Source: Acutalibacteraceae bacterium
GTDB taxonomy: Bacteria; Bacillota; Clostridia; Oscillospirales; Acutalibacteraceae
DNA length: 64,000 nt
Assembly: GCA_045542175.1 (NCBI GenBank)
Contig: JAZQKN010000137.1
Span: 8,961-72,960, forward strand
Reading direction: 5' to 3'
This document shows positions 19,540 to 30,400 of this stretch, one piece after another. The notes beneath the pieces are model-generated. The model saw only the letters and a list, made by a program, of their open reading frames with translations. It ran no database searches and was not told the DNA's origin. The translations under genes and the position numbers were made by a program. Position 1 is the first letter of the stretch; every line of letters starts with the position of its first letter.

Positions 19540-21837
19540 TTATTCTGATTTTACCGTAACGCTTGATTTAAGACCGTCTTTTGTATATGCGTAAAGTGTG
19601 ATTTCGCCTTGCATATCCCCCGCTCTCACGTAAACCAGAGCTCTGCCTCTGTAAGTGTTGCGGTAACGCTCCGCATAGCAGGTAAGGTCATCGGGCTTGC
19701 CGTTTTCAATACCGATAATTTCACCGTCGCCGATGAGCTGATAATAAATTCTTCTGTCATCTGCACAGGCAATATTACCGTTTGCATCATCAAGCTCCAC
19801 TTCGATATGAAATACGTCTTCACCGTTTGCCGAAACAGAGTTTCTGTCGGCGATGAGGATTATTTTTTCTGCCTTTTCAGGTGAGTAAACAGTATCTGTT
19901 GCACCGCTTACCTTTGCTGTAAGCTCGCCGTTTTCAAAGGGAATTTCCCACGAAGCTCTGCAATCGGTAACCGCTTGCTTGCCGAGTGAATTTCCGTTTA
20001 AGAAAAGCTCCGCTTCTTCTGTATTGGTATAGCAACTGACCGTTACCGTTTCGCCGTCGCCAGCCGAATAAACAAAGCTGTCCGACCAAACGCTCGAATG
20101 CTCTTTTGCACATCTTGAAACCGCAATTTTTACAAAAGGTTCATCTGTCCACAGTGCTTTGCGGCGGTAATAAAGCGGCTTTTCGTTTGCACAAAGGTCA
20201 AGCATACCCGCCTGAGAAATCCTTTCGGGCCAGCCTCGGCATTCACCAAGAAAATCAATGCCCGTCCACAAAAACTGGCCGCATATATAATCGTTATCCC
20301 TCACGGCATACCAGGCTCTCGGGTCGTGACTGTTTTCACTGCCGAAAATAACTCTGTCGGGGAAACGCTTGTGGTCTTCCTCGTAAAAATGCTCTCTGTA
20401 ATTATATCCCGAAACGTCAAGTACGTCTGCAAAACCCGTTCTTGTTGAAAGCTCGGGGAATGAAAGCGCCGAAAGCACGGGTCGGGTTTTATCAATGTTA
20501 TGAACAATCTCAACAAGCTCCTTTGCAACTGTAGCAAGTCTGCCTGCATCGGGCTTTTTATCATCGTATTTTCTCTCGCGCTCAGGCTTGTTTGCATCGT
20601 TATTGCCGAGCGACTCCTTGAAAAGTGGCGTAACGTAGGGGTCGTTTGGATAATCTATCTCATTGCCGATTGACCAGAGAATTATTGAAGGATGGTTTCT
20701 GTCGCGAAGCACCATCGCCTCAAGGTCAGCCTTATGCCAGAGAGGAAAATCCTCGGCATAGCCGAAACGCTTTGGCGGATAGACGTTGTGTCCCTGCCAC
20801 CACTTGTTTTTTGCGCCCTCCCATTCGTCAAAAGCTTCGTCCATTACAAGCAGACCGAGTCTGTCGCAAAGGTCAAGAAGCTCTTCACAGGGCGGATTGT
20901 GAGCGGTACGCAGAGCGTTGCAGCCCGCCGCCTTGAATTTTTCAATTCTTCTCTTCCACACCGTTTCGGGCACTGCCGCGCCGAGCGCACCCGCATCGTG
21001 ATGCACGCAGACGCCCTTGAGTTTCATATTCTTGCCGTTAAGGAAAAAACCTTCATCGGGGTCAAACGCAATTGTTCTTATTCCGAAAGGAATGCTTATT
21101 TCATCGCTTATTTCACCGTCTTTTAAAGCACGGCAAACAAGAGTATATAAAACGGGGGTATCGGGCGACCAAAACTTTGCATTTTCAACCGCTACGTCTA
21201 CTGCACCGCAGCTTTCTTCACCTTTACAGGAAGCAACGCAAACTCCGTTTTCATCATTAACAAGGAATTCAGCGCCGTCGCACTCAAGAGTTTTATATTC
21301 AATATGCACCTGTGCATTGCCGTTTTCAACCGTTTTTGTTGAAACGAAAACACCGTCTTTTTCAAAGCAGTTCTTTTCGCAGATTTCAATTTTTACGTCT
21401 CTGTAAATTCCGCTGCCCGTAAACCATCTTGAATCGGCAACCTCGTTATGCTCCACCCTGACGCTGATAATATTTTCGCCTGCACGCACAAACTCGCTTA
21501 TATCAAAAGTAAAGGTTGAATACCCGTAAGCCCAGCCGCCGAGATAATTGCTGTTTATCCAGACTTTGGAATGTTTATATATTCCGCCAAAAGTGATTCT
21601 CACTCTTTTTGAGCATACGTCCTCAGGCAAAACAAAATGCTTTCTGTACCAAGCGGTGCCGCCGGGAAGGTATCCCGTACCGCTTGCATTGGATTTTTCA
21701 AACTCGTGTTCAACCGACCAATCGTGAGGCAGCGTTATCTCTCTCCACGCACTGTCGTTATATCCCATATAATCCGCATCGGGAATATCTCCGAGATGAA
21801 ATTTCCAGTTTCGGTTTATGCTGAATATCTTTCCCAT
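19540..21837 (-). CDS. Glycoside hydrolase family 2 (beta-galactosidase-like), cytoplasmic
   Basis: LPHDWS, SRWFTGSGIYR, GVCVHHD.G.LG, RTAHNP, RDRNHPSIILWSIGNE. Confidence 0.92.
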   Translation of the reverse strand: MGKIFSINRNWKFHLGDIPDADYMGYNDSAWREITLPHDWSVEHEFEKSNASGTGYLPGGTAWYRKHFVLPEDVCSKRVRITFGGIYKHSKVWINSNYLGGWAYGYSTFTFDISEFVRAGENIISVRVEHNEVADSRWFTGSGIYRDVKIEICEKNCFEKDGVFVSTKTVENGNAQVHIEYKTLECDGAEFLVNDENGVCVASCKGEESCGAVDVAVENAKFWSPDTPVLYTLVCRALKDGEISDEISIPFGIRTIAFDPDEGFFLNGKNMKLKGVCVHHDAGALGAAVPETVWKRRIEKFKAAGCNALRTAHNPPCEELLDLCDRLGLLVMDEAFDEWEGAKNKWWQGHNVYPPKRFGYAEDFPLWHKADLEAMVLRDRNHPSIILWSIGNEIDYPNDPYVTPLFKESLGNNDANKPERERKYDDKKPDAGRLATVAKELVEIVHNIDKTRPVLSALSFPELSTRTGFADVLDVSGYNYREHFYEEDHKRFPDRVIFGSENSHDPRAWYAVRDNDYICGQFLWTGIDFLGECRGWPERISQAGMLDLCANEKPLYYRRKALWTDEPFVKIAVSRCAKEHSSVWSDSFVYSAGDGETVTVSCYTNTEEAELFLNGNSLGKQAVTDCRASWEIPFENGELTAKVSGATDTVYSPEKAEKIILIADRNSVSANGEDVFHIEVELDDANGNIACADDRRIYYQLIGDGEIIGIENGKPDDLTCYAERYRNTYRGRALVYVRAGDMQGEITLYAYTKDGLKSSVTVKSE

Positions 21838-21958
21838 AATTCAAGCCTCCGTTCTTTTAATAATTGTAACACACGCAAATACGAATGTACAATAAAATTA
21901 TTGAAAATTCAATTCAAAGTGATATAATAAAACTTAGTTTTTAAAAGGAGCTGATATA

Positions 21959-23104
21959 ATGCTTGGTGCAGCAATAAGTTATATCGTTAAATTTATACCT
22001 CTTGTTCTTTCAACAATCATTACTTTTGTTTCAATTTTTCCCGCCTCATACTCAAGGCTTGAAGAAGAAATCGGTTTACAGCTTGAGCATATTGCGGCAC
22101 TTGAACAGGCATATGCAAACGGTGAAATACCTTCCGTTAACGAAGCTGATATTTTTGCGGGTGACCTTAAAGCAGAGCTTGAAGCAGGCATAAAATTCAA
22201 CGAAATGAGTTTCATTGCCACCCACAACAGTTACCAGACTCCCGCGACGGACGAACTCAAAAAGGTTTATAATAACCTTTCATACCTTTCTTTCGGACTT
22301 ATCCAAGGTTCAAAAGGCGATTTCTGGAGCGAACCTCTGACCAATCAGCTCAACTGCGGAATCCGCAGCCTTGAAATGGACTTTGAGATTTTTGACCGTG
22401 ACGGAGAAATTTCATTCACCTGTATGCACTCACCGCATATCGATATGACAACGTCATGCTACGACTTTTCTCTCGGTCTTAAGGAAATTGCCATGTGGTC
22501 GGATAACAACCCAAACCATTTGCCCATTACAATAATCGTTGAGCCCAAAGCAATCGCAATTCCGCTTGAGGATATGAAATTTTTCAGCATTAAATATGCC
22601 GACGAGCTTGACAAAATGTTCAGAGATACCCTTGGCGACAAACTGTTTACTCCCGCCGATATGCTCCGTGATTATGCTTCGTTCGGCGAAATGAGAGCCG
22701 CCGATGATTGGTGCAAGGTTGAGGATATGCTCGGAAAAGTACTTATTCTTCTGCACGACGGCGGCACAACTGAAGATTATATCGACCTTGACCCGTCGCT
22801 CAAATCTCAGGCAATGTTTCCGATGCTCCGCCCCAACGATATTGATCGCGACTGTGCTTCATTCATCATTTGTAACGACCCCGTTAAGCTCGCTGAATTA
22901 AACGAAGAAATTATCATCGAAAATAAAATCATCGTGCGTACAATGGTTGATACTTTCGGAAGTGTTTCGTCGGAAAAGCTTGACGTGGCTCTCGCAACAG
23001 ATGCACAAATACTTTCAACCGATTATCCGATAAGAACAGACTTGAATGAAGACAGTTACGTTGTCACTTTTGAGGGATATAAAACCGTCAGAAAAGCAGG
23101 ATAA
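21959..23104 (+). CDS. Ca2+-dependent PI-specific phospholipase C-like phosphodiesterase, exported
   Basis: ATHNSY, QLNCGIRSLEMD, WSDNNPNHLPITIIVEPK, AQILSTDYP; N-terminal hydrophobic anchor. Confidence 0.8.
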   Translation: MLGAAISYIVKFIPLVLSTIITFVSIFPASYSRLEEEIGLQLEHIAALEQAYANGEIPSVNEADIFAGDLKAELEAGIKFNEMSFIATHNSYQTPATDELKKVYNNLSYLSFGLIQGSKGDFWSEPLTNQLNCGIRSLEMDFEIFDRDGEISFTCMHSPHIDMTTSCYDFSLGLKEIAMWSDNNPNHLPITIIVEPKAIAIPLEDMKFFSIKYADELDKMFRDTLGDKLFTPADMLRDYASFGEMRAADDWCKVEDMLGKVLILLHDGGTTEDYIDLDPSLKSQAMFPMLRPNDIDRDCASFIICNDPVKLAELNEEIIIENKIIVRTMVDTFGSVSSEKLDVALATDAQILSTDYPIRTDLNEDSYVVTFEGYKTVRKAG

Positions 23105-23119
23105 AATACGCCCGGCTGT

Positions 23120-23152
23120 AAAAAAAGCACCGAAGTTTTCTTCGGTGCTTTC
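23120..23152. terminator. Bidirectional terminator
   Basis: AAAGCACCGAAG / CTTCGGTGCTTT. Confidence 0.8.
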
Positions 23153-23160
23153 TTGTTTTA

Positions 23161-24585
23161 TTAAAGGTTGTAGTACTTATCAAATTCTGCGGGATGAGGA
23201 ATCTTTGAAAGCTCTGCGCATTCAGCACGCTTTGTTTTGATGAAGTTTGCAATAAGCTCTGCGGGGAATACTCCGCCTTCGGTAAGAAAAGCGTTGTCTG
23301 CTTCAAGAGCATCAAGAGCATCTTCAAGGCATACGGGAAGGTGCTGAAGCTTTGCCTTTTCTTCTTCGGGAAGATGGAAAAGGTTAACGTCATAGGGACC
23401 CCAGCCGTTTGCGTGAGGATCAATTTTATTCTTAACGCCGTCAAGACCTGCCATAAGTATTGCCGCATAGCAGAAATAGGGGTTACAGGTTGCGTCGGGG
23501 TTACGAAGTTCAAATCTTCTCTTGTCGGGGCTCTTTGCGTAAGCGGGAATACGGATAACCGCACTTCTGTTTGAAGTTGCGTAGCCTACGGTTACGGGAG
23601 CTTCAAAGCCGGGAATAAGACGCTTGAATGAGTTTGTGCTGGGATTGGTGATAGCACAAAGAGCACCGATATGCTTAAGGAGACCGCCCATAAAGTAATG
23701 AGCTGTTTCGCTAAGGTGTGAATAACCGTTATCATCTGAAAATACGGGTTCGCCATCCTTGAAAAGAAGCATATGAACGTGCATACCGCTGCCTGCTTCG
23801 CCGTAAATGGGCTTGGGCATAAAGGTTGCGGTCTTGCCGTATTTGAGAGCTGTGTTGTGGATGATATACTTAATCATCATTGAAGCGTCGGCCATGTGAA
23901 CAACTTCACCGAGCTGAGGCTCGATTTCATACTGACCTGAGGCGGCAACTTCGGGATGATGATAGTTGATGTCAATGCCTGCTTCCTTCATAAGAAGGCA
24001 CATTTCACTGCGGCATTCGTAAGAAGTATCGAAAGGTTTTGCAATGTGATAATTCTTCTGCTTTGCAACAACCACGCCGAGACCGTCTGTGCCTGAATTC
24101 CAGTATGACTGGCTTGCGTCTACAGATGCACCGATGTGCTTTCCTTCAACGTTCCATCTTACGTCATCGAAAAGATAAAACTCAAATTCGGGCAGAATCT
24201 TCATTTCATCAGCAATGCCGCTGTTTTTCATATAGTCAACAGCTGCCTTGATGATGTTTCTGGGATACTGAGCAAGAGGACGGTTTTCGGGGCTGTCAAT
24301 AATCATTGCGTTACCCGTCATTGAAAGAGTTGCGATTTCACAGAAGGGATCGATAACCGCTGTGTCGGGATCGGGGATGAAAACCATATCGCTCTTTTCA
24401 ACAACAGCATAGCCGTAGTTTGAAGCGTCAAAGCCGATACCGCTCTTCATTGTATCCTCAGAAAAGTTTTCTGCGGGAATGGTAACGTGTCTGTATTGAC
24501 CGTTGATGTCAACCATTTTAAAGTCGACCATCTTAATATCTTTTTCTTTGATAAGTGCCAGAATATCCTGAATTGTCTTTGCCAT
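23161..24585 (-). CDS. glnA: Glutamine synthetase type I
   Basis: GFDAS, EFEFY, HHPEVA..GQYEI, TFMPKP...AGSGMHVH, NSFKRL.PGFEAP, NRSAVIRIP, ELRNPD; promoter TTGACG-17-TATAAT at 24616-24644. Confidence 0.96.
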   Translation of the reverse strand: MAKTIQDILALIKEKDIKMVDFKMVDINGQYRHVTIPAENFSEDTMKSGIGFDASNYGYAVVEKSDMVFIPDPDTAVIDPFCEIATLSMTGNAMIIDSPENRPLAQYPRNIIKAAVDYMKNSGIADEMKILPEFEFYLFDDVRWNVEGKHIGASVDASQSYWNSGTDGLGVVVAKQKNYHIAKPFDTSYECRSEMCLLMKEAGIDINYHHPEVAASGQYEIEPQLGEVVHMADASMMIKYIIHNTALKYGKTATFMPKPIYGEAGSGMHVHMLLFKDGEPVFSDDNGYSHLSETAHYFMGGLLKHIGALCAITNPSTNSFKRLIPGFEAPVTVGYATSNRSAVIRIPAYAKSPDKRRFELRNPDATCNPYFCYAAILMAGLDGVKNKIDPHANGWGPYDVNLFHLPEEEKAKLQHLPVCLEDALDALEADNAFLTEGGVFPAELIANFIKTKRAECAELSKIPHPAEFDKYYNL

Positions 24586-24650
24586 AGGAACCACATCCTT
24601 TATTTTAATACTTGAATTATATCAATTCTTTTATTTTTCGTCAATAATTA

Positions 24651-26009
24651 TCAGCGCTCAAGATAAATTTCTTTAATGGTTTTGATCTCCTGCTGAGTTA
24701 CTCCGATTGAAAGAAGATAATTTTCAGCTTTCTCCTGAAGCGTATTTCCCTCATACGTCTTGAGGCGCTCAACAAAGGAATTCATCTGCTCAGCACTCCA
24801 GAGTCCGCCGTGATATAACGCAGAAAGCTGATAGTCGCGCATCAGGTCTTCCTCGCTCATACCGAGAAGTGCACCGAGAATAAAGCATACCGTTCCTGTA
24901 CGGTCCACACCGTGCGTACAATGAAGCAGAATCGGTGCATCGCTTTTGGCTGCAAGGTCGGAGAATACATTTCGCATCGCCGTCTGTCCGTAGCCCGTAA
25001 ATACGTCAGTATACATCTGTGAACCGTAGTAAATATGCTCAACGCCTGCGCCTAATTTATCTGCCCCGCTGACGTTTTCGCTTGAAGAACGCAAATCCAT
25101 TTCCGTACGGATTCCGAATTCAGTAAGAAGCGTATTTACACCGTTTGCCGTAATTGTGTATTTTGAATCCACAGCACCGTCAATTTCAGCGCTTCTGTAA
25201 AGAATTCCCTGTCGCACCTTGTAGCCGTCAACGGTTTCCCATCCGCCAAAGTCACGAAGATTCGCCACACCCTCAACGTTGAGAAGTCTCGGAGTTTTTG
25301 CAGTTTTAAAGCTTCCGCTAACGCTTGACTGCGTTCCGTTTGAAATTTCAAGGTCGAAACGGTAAAAATACTTTGTATCTGTTTTTAAATTATATATATC
25401 AACGCTTGTCTGTGCATTGTCGAGATTATAGATTGCAGGTAAAGAAAAATCGTTTTTTTCAGAAACGTTAAGAGTTGCTTTCTTAACACTGCAGCCTTCA
25501 GGAATGCCTTTGATGTTATACCAGACGCTCACACAAAGTCCCAAATCAAGTCTGCCCGCCTGCGATTTTTCAAACATTTTATAGTTATCCGCAGAATAAT
25601 CAAGCTTCATAAACTCATTAACCACAGAATTCACAAGAACAACGTCTTCTTCAAACATAGGAATCTCAATATATATTGAAGAAGATGTTTTTTGAGTTTC
25701 CGAAGGATTGTTTACAGGCGAATTATCGGAATTCTTTACAAAGCCGTATTTATCAAGCATACTTCCGAGCACGCCCAGAATAACAACAAAGAGTAAAGCA
25801 ATGCCGGCATTTGCAATTTTATATCTGTTTCGTTTAACAAAGCTTTTAGCTTTGCTTTTAAAAGACCTGTGTCTTCCTTTTGAGTGACCGTGATGATGGC
25901 TGTGATGATGGTGACTGTGATGGATTTCGTTGCTCTTCGGGGCATTCACCTCATTTTCGCCTTCGTTTGAATCAAAAATTATGTTTTCGTTGTTATCCAT
26001 ATTTCCCAC
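24651..26009 (-). CDS. Membrane-anchored Cys-dependent (PtpB-like) phosphatase with His-rich N-terminus
   Basis: NLRDFGGW, LYRSA, DLR, active site HCTHGVDRTG; single TM after HHSHHHHSHHHGH. Confidence 0.85.
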   Translation of the reverse strand: MGNMDNNENIIFDSNEGENEVNAPKSNEIHHSHHHHSHHHGHSKGRHRSFKSKAKSFVKRNRYKIANAGIALLFVVILGVLGSMLDKYGFVKNSDNSPVNNPSETQKTSSSIYIEIPMFEEDVVLVNSVVNEFMKLDYSADNYKMFEKSQAGRLDLGLCVSVWYNIKGIPEGCSVKKATLNVSEKNDFSLPAIYNLDNAQTSVDIYNLKTDTKYFYRFDLEISNGTQSSVSGSFKTAKTPRLLNVEGVANLRDFGGWETVDGYKVRQGILYRSAEIDGAVDSKYTITANGVNTLLTEFGIRTEMDLRSSSENVSGADKLGAGVEHIYYGSQMYTDVFTGYGQTAMRNVFSDLAAKSDAPILLHCTHGVDRTGTVCFILGALLGMSEEDLMRDYQLSALYHGGLWSAEQMNSFVERLKTYEGNTLQEKAENYLLSIGVTQQEIKTIKEIYLER

Positions 26010-26015
26010 TCCTGT

Positions 26016-27344
26016 TTAATGACTGTGCTTTTTTTTCGCTGATTTTTTTACTGTTTCAAGCATAAACTTTATTTCCTGAACAAACAGCTTTGGATTCATT
26101 CCTTTAATCATCAGCTTGTTATTTTCACGTATGGGTTTGAATATAAATCCAAATATAAAGTTTGTAAAAATCTGTGTAACAAGCGAAGCAAATGCTGCGC
26201 CGCTTGCTCCCCGGTAAGGTATAAGCAACAGATTAAGTGCAATATTAAACACTGCGCCTGAAAGATTAATAAGCCAAAGATATTTTTGCTTTTGCTCTGC
26301 AAGAATCCATACGTTTCTGATTGAACCCATATAAGAAAAAGCAAGATACCATACCAGAATTTGAAGCACTCTGACCGACTCCTGATATCCGTCTCCGTAA
26401 AGCACACCGATAATCGGTTTGGATAAAACGGTAAAAACCAGACTCTGTGCAAGCGACGTGTAAATAACGATGCTGTAAAGTCTTGAAACAAGCTCAGCGT
26501 AATTCTCTGACTTTTCCTTTTTGGAAGAAAGAATCATAGGTCTGAAAGAATCTATGATTGCTGTATATACAAACTGAAAAACACCTGCACTTGTTATGGC
26601 GGCGGTATAAAATCCGTTTGCTTGTGTACCGCTCATTTGCGTGAGCATTATATGGTCTGTACTCTGAAAAAGAACAACCATAAGAGATGACAGGATATAA
26701 TGCTTGCTCTTTGAAAGCATTGTTTTTGCTCTTTGAGCCGAAAAGCTGAATTTTCCTTGCCCTTTTTTAATATAAATCAAAACCAAGGCAATACCGATAA
26801 TTCCGAAATCCAGAGAATTTGTTACTGCAAACCAGTAGATGCTTTTCGACGTTATCAACAGCACAATTTTATAAGCCGAAACAACAACATAAGCAAAAAA
26901 CATAACCGCTGCAGAATATTTTGCCATAAGCTTATACTGATACCAATACTGTATCATTTCAATTGCGGCAAAAAGCAAAGAAAGGCTGTAGAGAATACAT
27001 ACCGTAATTGCCATTTTATCGTCAGCATTCGCCACACAGGCAAATGCCGAAACACCCGCTATACAGAGCAGACTTGAGGAAACGTTAAGCACAAGCGACG
27101 TGCCGATAATTTCGCCCTCTTTTTCGGGGGTTTCAACAAATTCGTGCACAAGCGTTGCATTGAATCCAAGTCGCATCAGCGGAAGTGCAAATGCCACAAT
27201 CGAAGCGGCATAGTTAATCAGACCGTAGTTGGCAGGACCGAGATATCTTGCACTCAGCATACCCACTATCAGTTGCAAAACCGATTGTGCTATTTTACAC
27301 GCAACTGTCCAGGTTGCGTTGTTTATTGCCTGATTATACTTCAT
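26016..27344 (-). CDS. wzx: Polysaccharide flippase Wzx
   Basis: ARYLGPANYG, multiple TM segments, NLLLIP..GASGAAFAS; EPS operon context. Confidence 0.9.
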   Translation of the reverse strand: MKYNQAINNATWTVACKIAQSVLQLIVGMLSARYLGPANYGLINYAASIVAFALPLMRLGFNATLVHEFVETPEKEGEIIGTSLVLNVSSSLLCIAGVSAFACVANADDKMAITVCILYSLSLLFAAIEMIQYWYQYKLMAKYSAAVMFFAYVVVSAYKIVLLITSKSIYWFAVTNSLDFGIIGIALVLIYIKKGQGKFSFSAQRAKTMLSKSKHYILSSLMVVLFQSTDHIMLTQMSGTQANGFYTAAITSAGVFQFVYTAIIDSFRPMILSSKKEKSENYAELVSRLYSIVIYTSLAQSLVFTVLSKPIIGVLYGDGYQESVRVLQILVWYLAFSYMGSIRNVWILAEQKQKYLWLINLSGAVFNIALNLLLIPYRGASGAAFASLVTQIFTNFIFGFIFKPIRENNKLMIKGMNPKLFVQEIKFMLETVKKSAKKKHSH

Positions 27345-27456
27345 ATTACCTCTTCGGGATAAAATTATAAAGAAACCTGCATATGATATGCAGACTTGTT
27401 TATAACTTCATCATTTGCAGCATCTCCCCTTTTCAGAGGAGATGCTGCTTTTTTAA

Positions 27457-30400
27457 TTAACCTATAATCTGACCCTTTTCATTAAAGGTATAGGTATCTG
27501 CGATAAGCAGATTGTTTGTTGCGGTGATTTTAATTGTAGTGTTGACCGCAAGCTTGCCTTTATAGGTTGCATAGTAATAATAGCCGTCAACGTATACAAG
27601 ACCTTTTTCTACGCCCAAACCGTTTTCATAGTAATAAAGCTCACCGTCTTTTTCTACTATGCCGTTAAGCATCTTGCCGTCAGGTCCGAATTCATACTTA
27701 ACACCTGTAGGCAAATCACAGCTTGAAAGCGTTACCTTGATTGTCTTGTTTACGGCAATTTTGCCCTTATATGCAACGTAATAATAATCGTCGCCTATCT
27801 TGGTAAGACCCTTTTCAAGAGCCTGACCGTTTTCATAGTAATAAAGCTCGCCGTCTTTCTCTATTATACCGTTAAGCATTTTGCCGTTTGCATCAAATTC
27901 ATACTTAACGCCCGCGGGCAAGTCACAGTTTGTAAGAGTAACTTTCAGCGTCTTGCTTACCGCAATTTTGCCCTTGTAAGCGGCGTAATAGTAATCCTCG
28001 CCAACCTTTACAAGACCTTTTTCTACACCTATGCCGTTTTCATAGTAATAAAGCACTCCGTCTTTTTCTACTATGCCGTTAAGTGCTTTACCGTCCGCAC
28101 CGAATTCATAGGTTGCCTTGGGTAAATCGCAGTTGATTATTGAGGGTCTCAAAGACGTGTTTACAGCCAGTTTACCGTTATAGGCGGCGTAGTAATAATC
28201 ATTACCTATCTTGATAAGACCCTTTTCTACGCCCTTGCCGTTTTCGTAATAGTAAAGGATGCCGTCTTTTTCTATTATTCCGCTGATCATTTTACCTTCG
28301 GCATCAAATTCATAATGCTCTCCTGCGGGTAAGTCACAGCTTGTGACAGTTGCCTTTATCGATTTGCCGACAACAAGCTTGCCCTTATATGCAGCATAAT
28401 AATAGTCATCGCCTATCTTGATAAGGCCCTTTTCATCCGCAACGCCGTTTTCATAATAGTAAAGCTCACCGTCTTTTTCTATTATGCCGTCAAGCGCTTT
28501 GCCGTCTGCACCGAATTCATAGGTTGCCTTGGGTAAATCACAGTTGATTATTGAAGGTCTAAGCGATGTGTTTACCGCAAGCTTGCCCTTATAAGCAGCG
28601 TAGTAATAAGCACCGTCAACTTTAATAAGACCCTTTTCAACGCCCTTGCCTGTTTCATAATAGTAAAGGACGCCGTCTTTTTCTACAATGCCGTCAAGCA
28701 TCTTGCCGTCTGCACCGAATTCATATCTGTCAATCGGCAAATCACAGCTTGTCATAGGTATTTTAAGCTCTTTGTTTGTTACAAGCTTGCCCTTATAAGC
28801 TGCATAATAATAGTCGTTACCAACCTTGACAAGACCCTTTTCTACACCTACGCCTTTTTCGTAATAATAAAGTACACCGTCAAGCTCAACTATTTCACCG
28901 TTTGCTGATGAGCCTATCATCTTACCTTCGGCATCGAACGTGTAAGTACCCTTGGGTAAATCACAGTTGGTCGAAGCCGTAGTCAGCGTTGTGTTTGTTG
29001 CAAGCTTTCCGCCGTATGTAGCGTAGTAATAATCATCACCGTACTTGAACAGATGCTTCTCTGTTGCAATACCGTTTTCAATATAACGGTAATAGCCGTC
29101 CAGATAGTAAATTCCGTTAAGCACGCCTCTGCAAACACCGTCATCGCCAAAATCATACCAGGTTGTAGGCATTGCCGATGCGCTTACTGATCTGAGACCT
29201 TCATAGCGGTAACCGCCTCTGAAATAGTAAAGATTTCCGTCAATCTCGTACCAGCCTCTGAAATAATACGAAGGACCGTAGTAATAACGTGTACCTTCAA
29301 GTGTTTTTATCCATACGCCGTCGGAAACCTTGCCGGTTTCTTCAAAGTTAAAATAAACTTCTCCGACTCTGTAATAACCGCCCTTTGCGGCAAGGGTTGA
29401 TGAATGGAAATAATACCACTCGTCATTTATCATATGCCAGCCTGACATAAGCTCGCCAAGCTTTGAATAGCGGTAAACTCCGTTGGCCTCATCATAGAAA
29501 AGACCTGTAAACTTAGTCTGGCCGATATTGATTCCGTTTTCACCGAAATCATAATAGTAGCCGTCAATCAGGCAGATGCCTGTGTATTTCTGGCCGTCAA
29601 CGTAATACGCAAAACCGTTTTCTTCATTTACCCAGCCTTCCTTAACAGCCTTTGAAAGAATATAAGTATCTTCAAAGTAAGCATAGGTTGCGCCGAAATA
29701 ACCGCCCTTTTCATTAGGGTTATCGGGGTTAACAAAAGGAAGGATACCGTAGGCTTCCTGATTCTGGGTATTCTGTGCAAACGTATAAAGAGCATTTGCA
29801 CGCATATACATCTTGTAGCTTATATCACCCGCGTTAACAACTGTAAGTCTGTCATTGGGCCAATCTACACCTTGCTTGGGAATGAGCTTGATTCCCTTGA
29901 GAATGCAGAGCGGATTTGCCATATCGGGGTCAATCGCCTGAGTCTGGTCTTTCCAGTTAAGAGTGAGAGTAAGGGTATTGGTTGCTTCGTCAAACTCTGT
30001 ATTGGTAAGCACAAAATAATCGTTAACCAGGCTGATATTACTGTAATCAACCTCAAAATTGCTGTCAATGCGTACCGTTGCCTTAACTTCCGTAAGAACG
30101 CTCACTCTTTCTGCAAGCTGCATAAGGAATGACCACGCGGAAGCATTTTCAAGCTCTGCGCCCGGCAACATAGTCGTAAGGTCTGCAAGCTGCTCGGGAA
30201 TGGGAATCTGAGTCATATCGATTCCGAAGGTATACTCCGTAATCATTTCTTCGCTGTAATCAACAATCTCGTAGACGTATTCGTCCTCTGTTGTTGAATT
30301 GCTTACAACTCTGTTCCATGCCATTGTACGGTCGCCGCCAGTTGCGTTATCAAAATCAAATGAAACCTCATCCATTGTGTAAAGAGCAACGCTTATGGAA

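Noticed and set aside
27460-29100. Tandem repeats of about 200 bp considered as a CRISPR array or DGR template/variable repeats
   Set aside because: They are in-frame coding repeats without unique spacers, differences are not confined to adenines, and no cas or reverse transcriptase gene is in the window.
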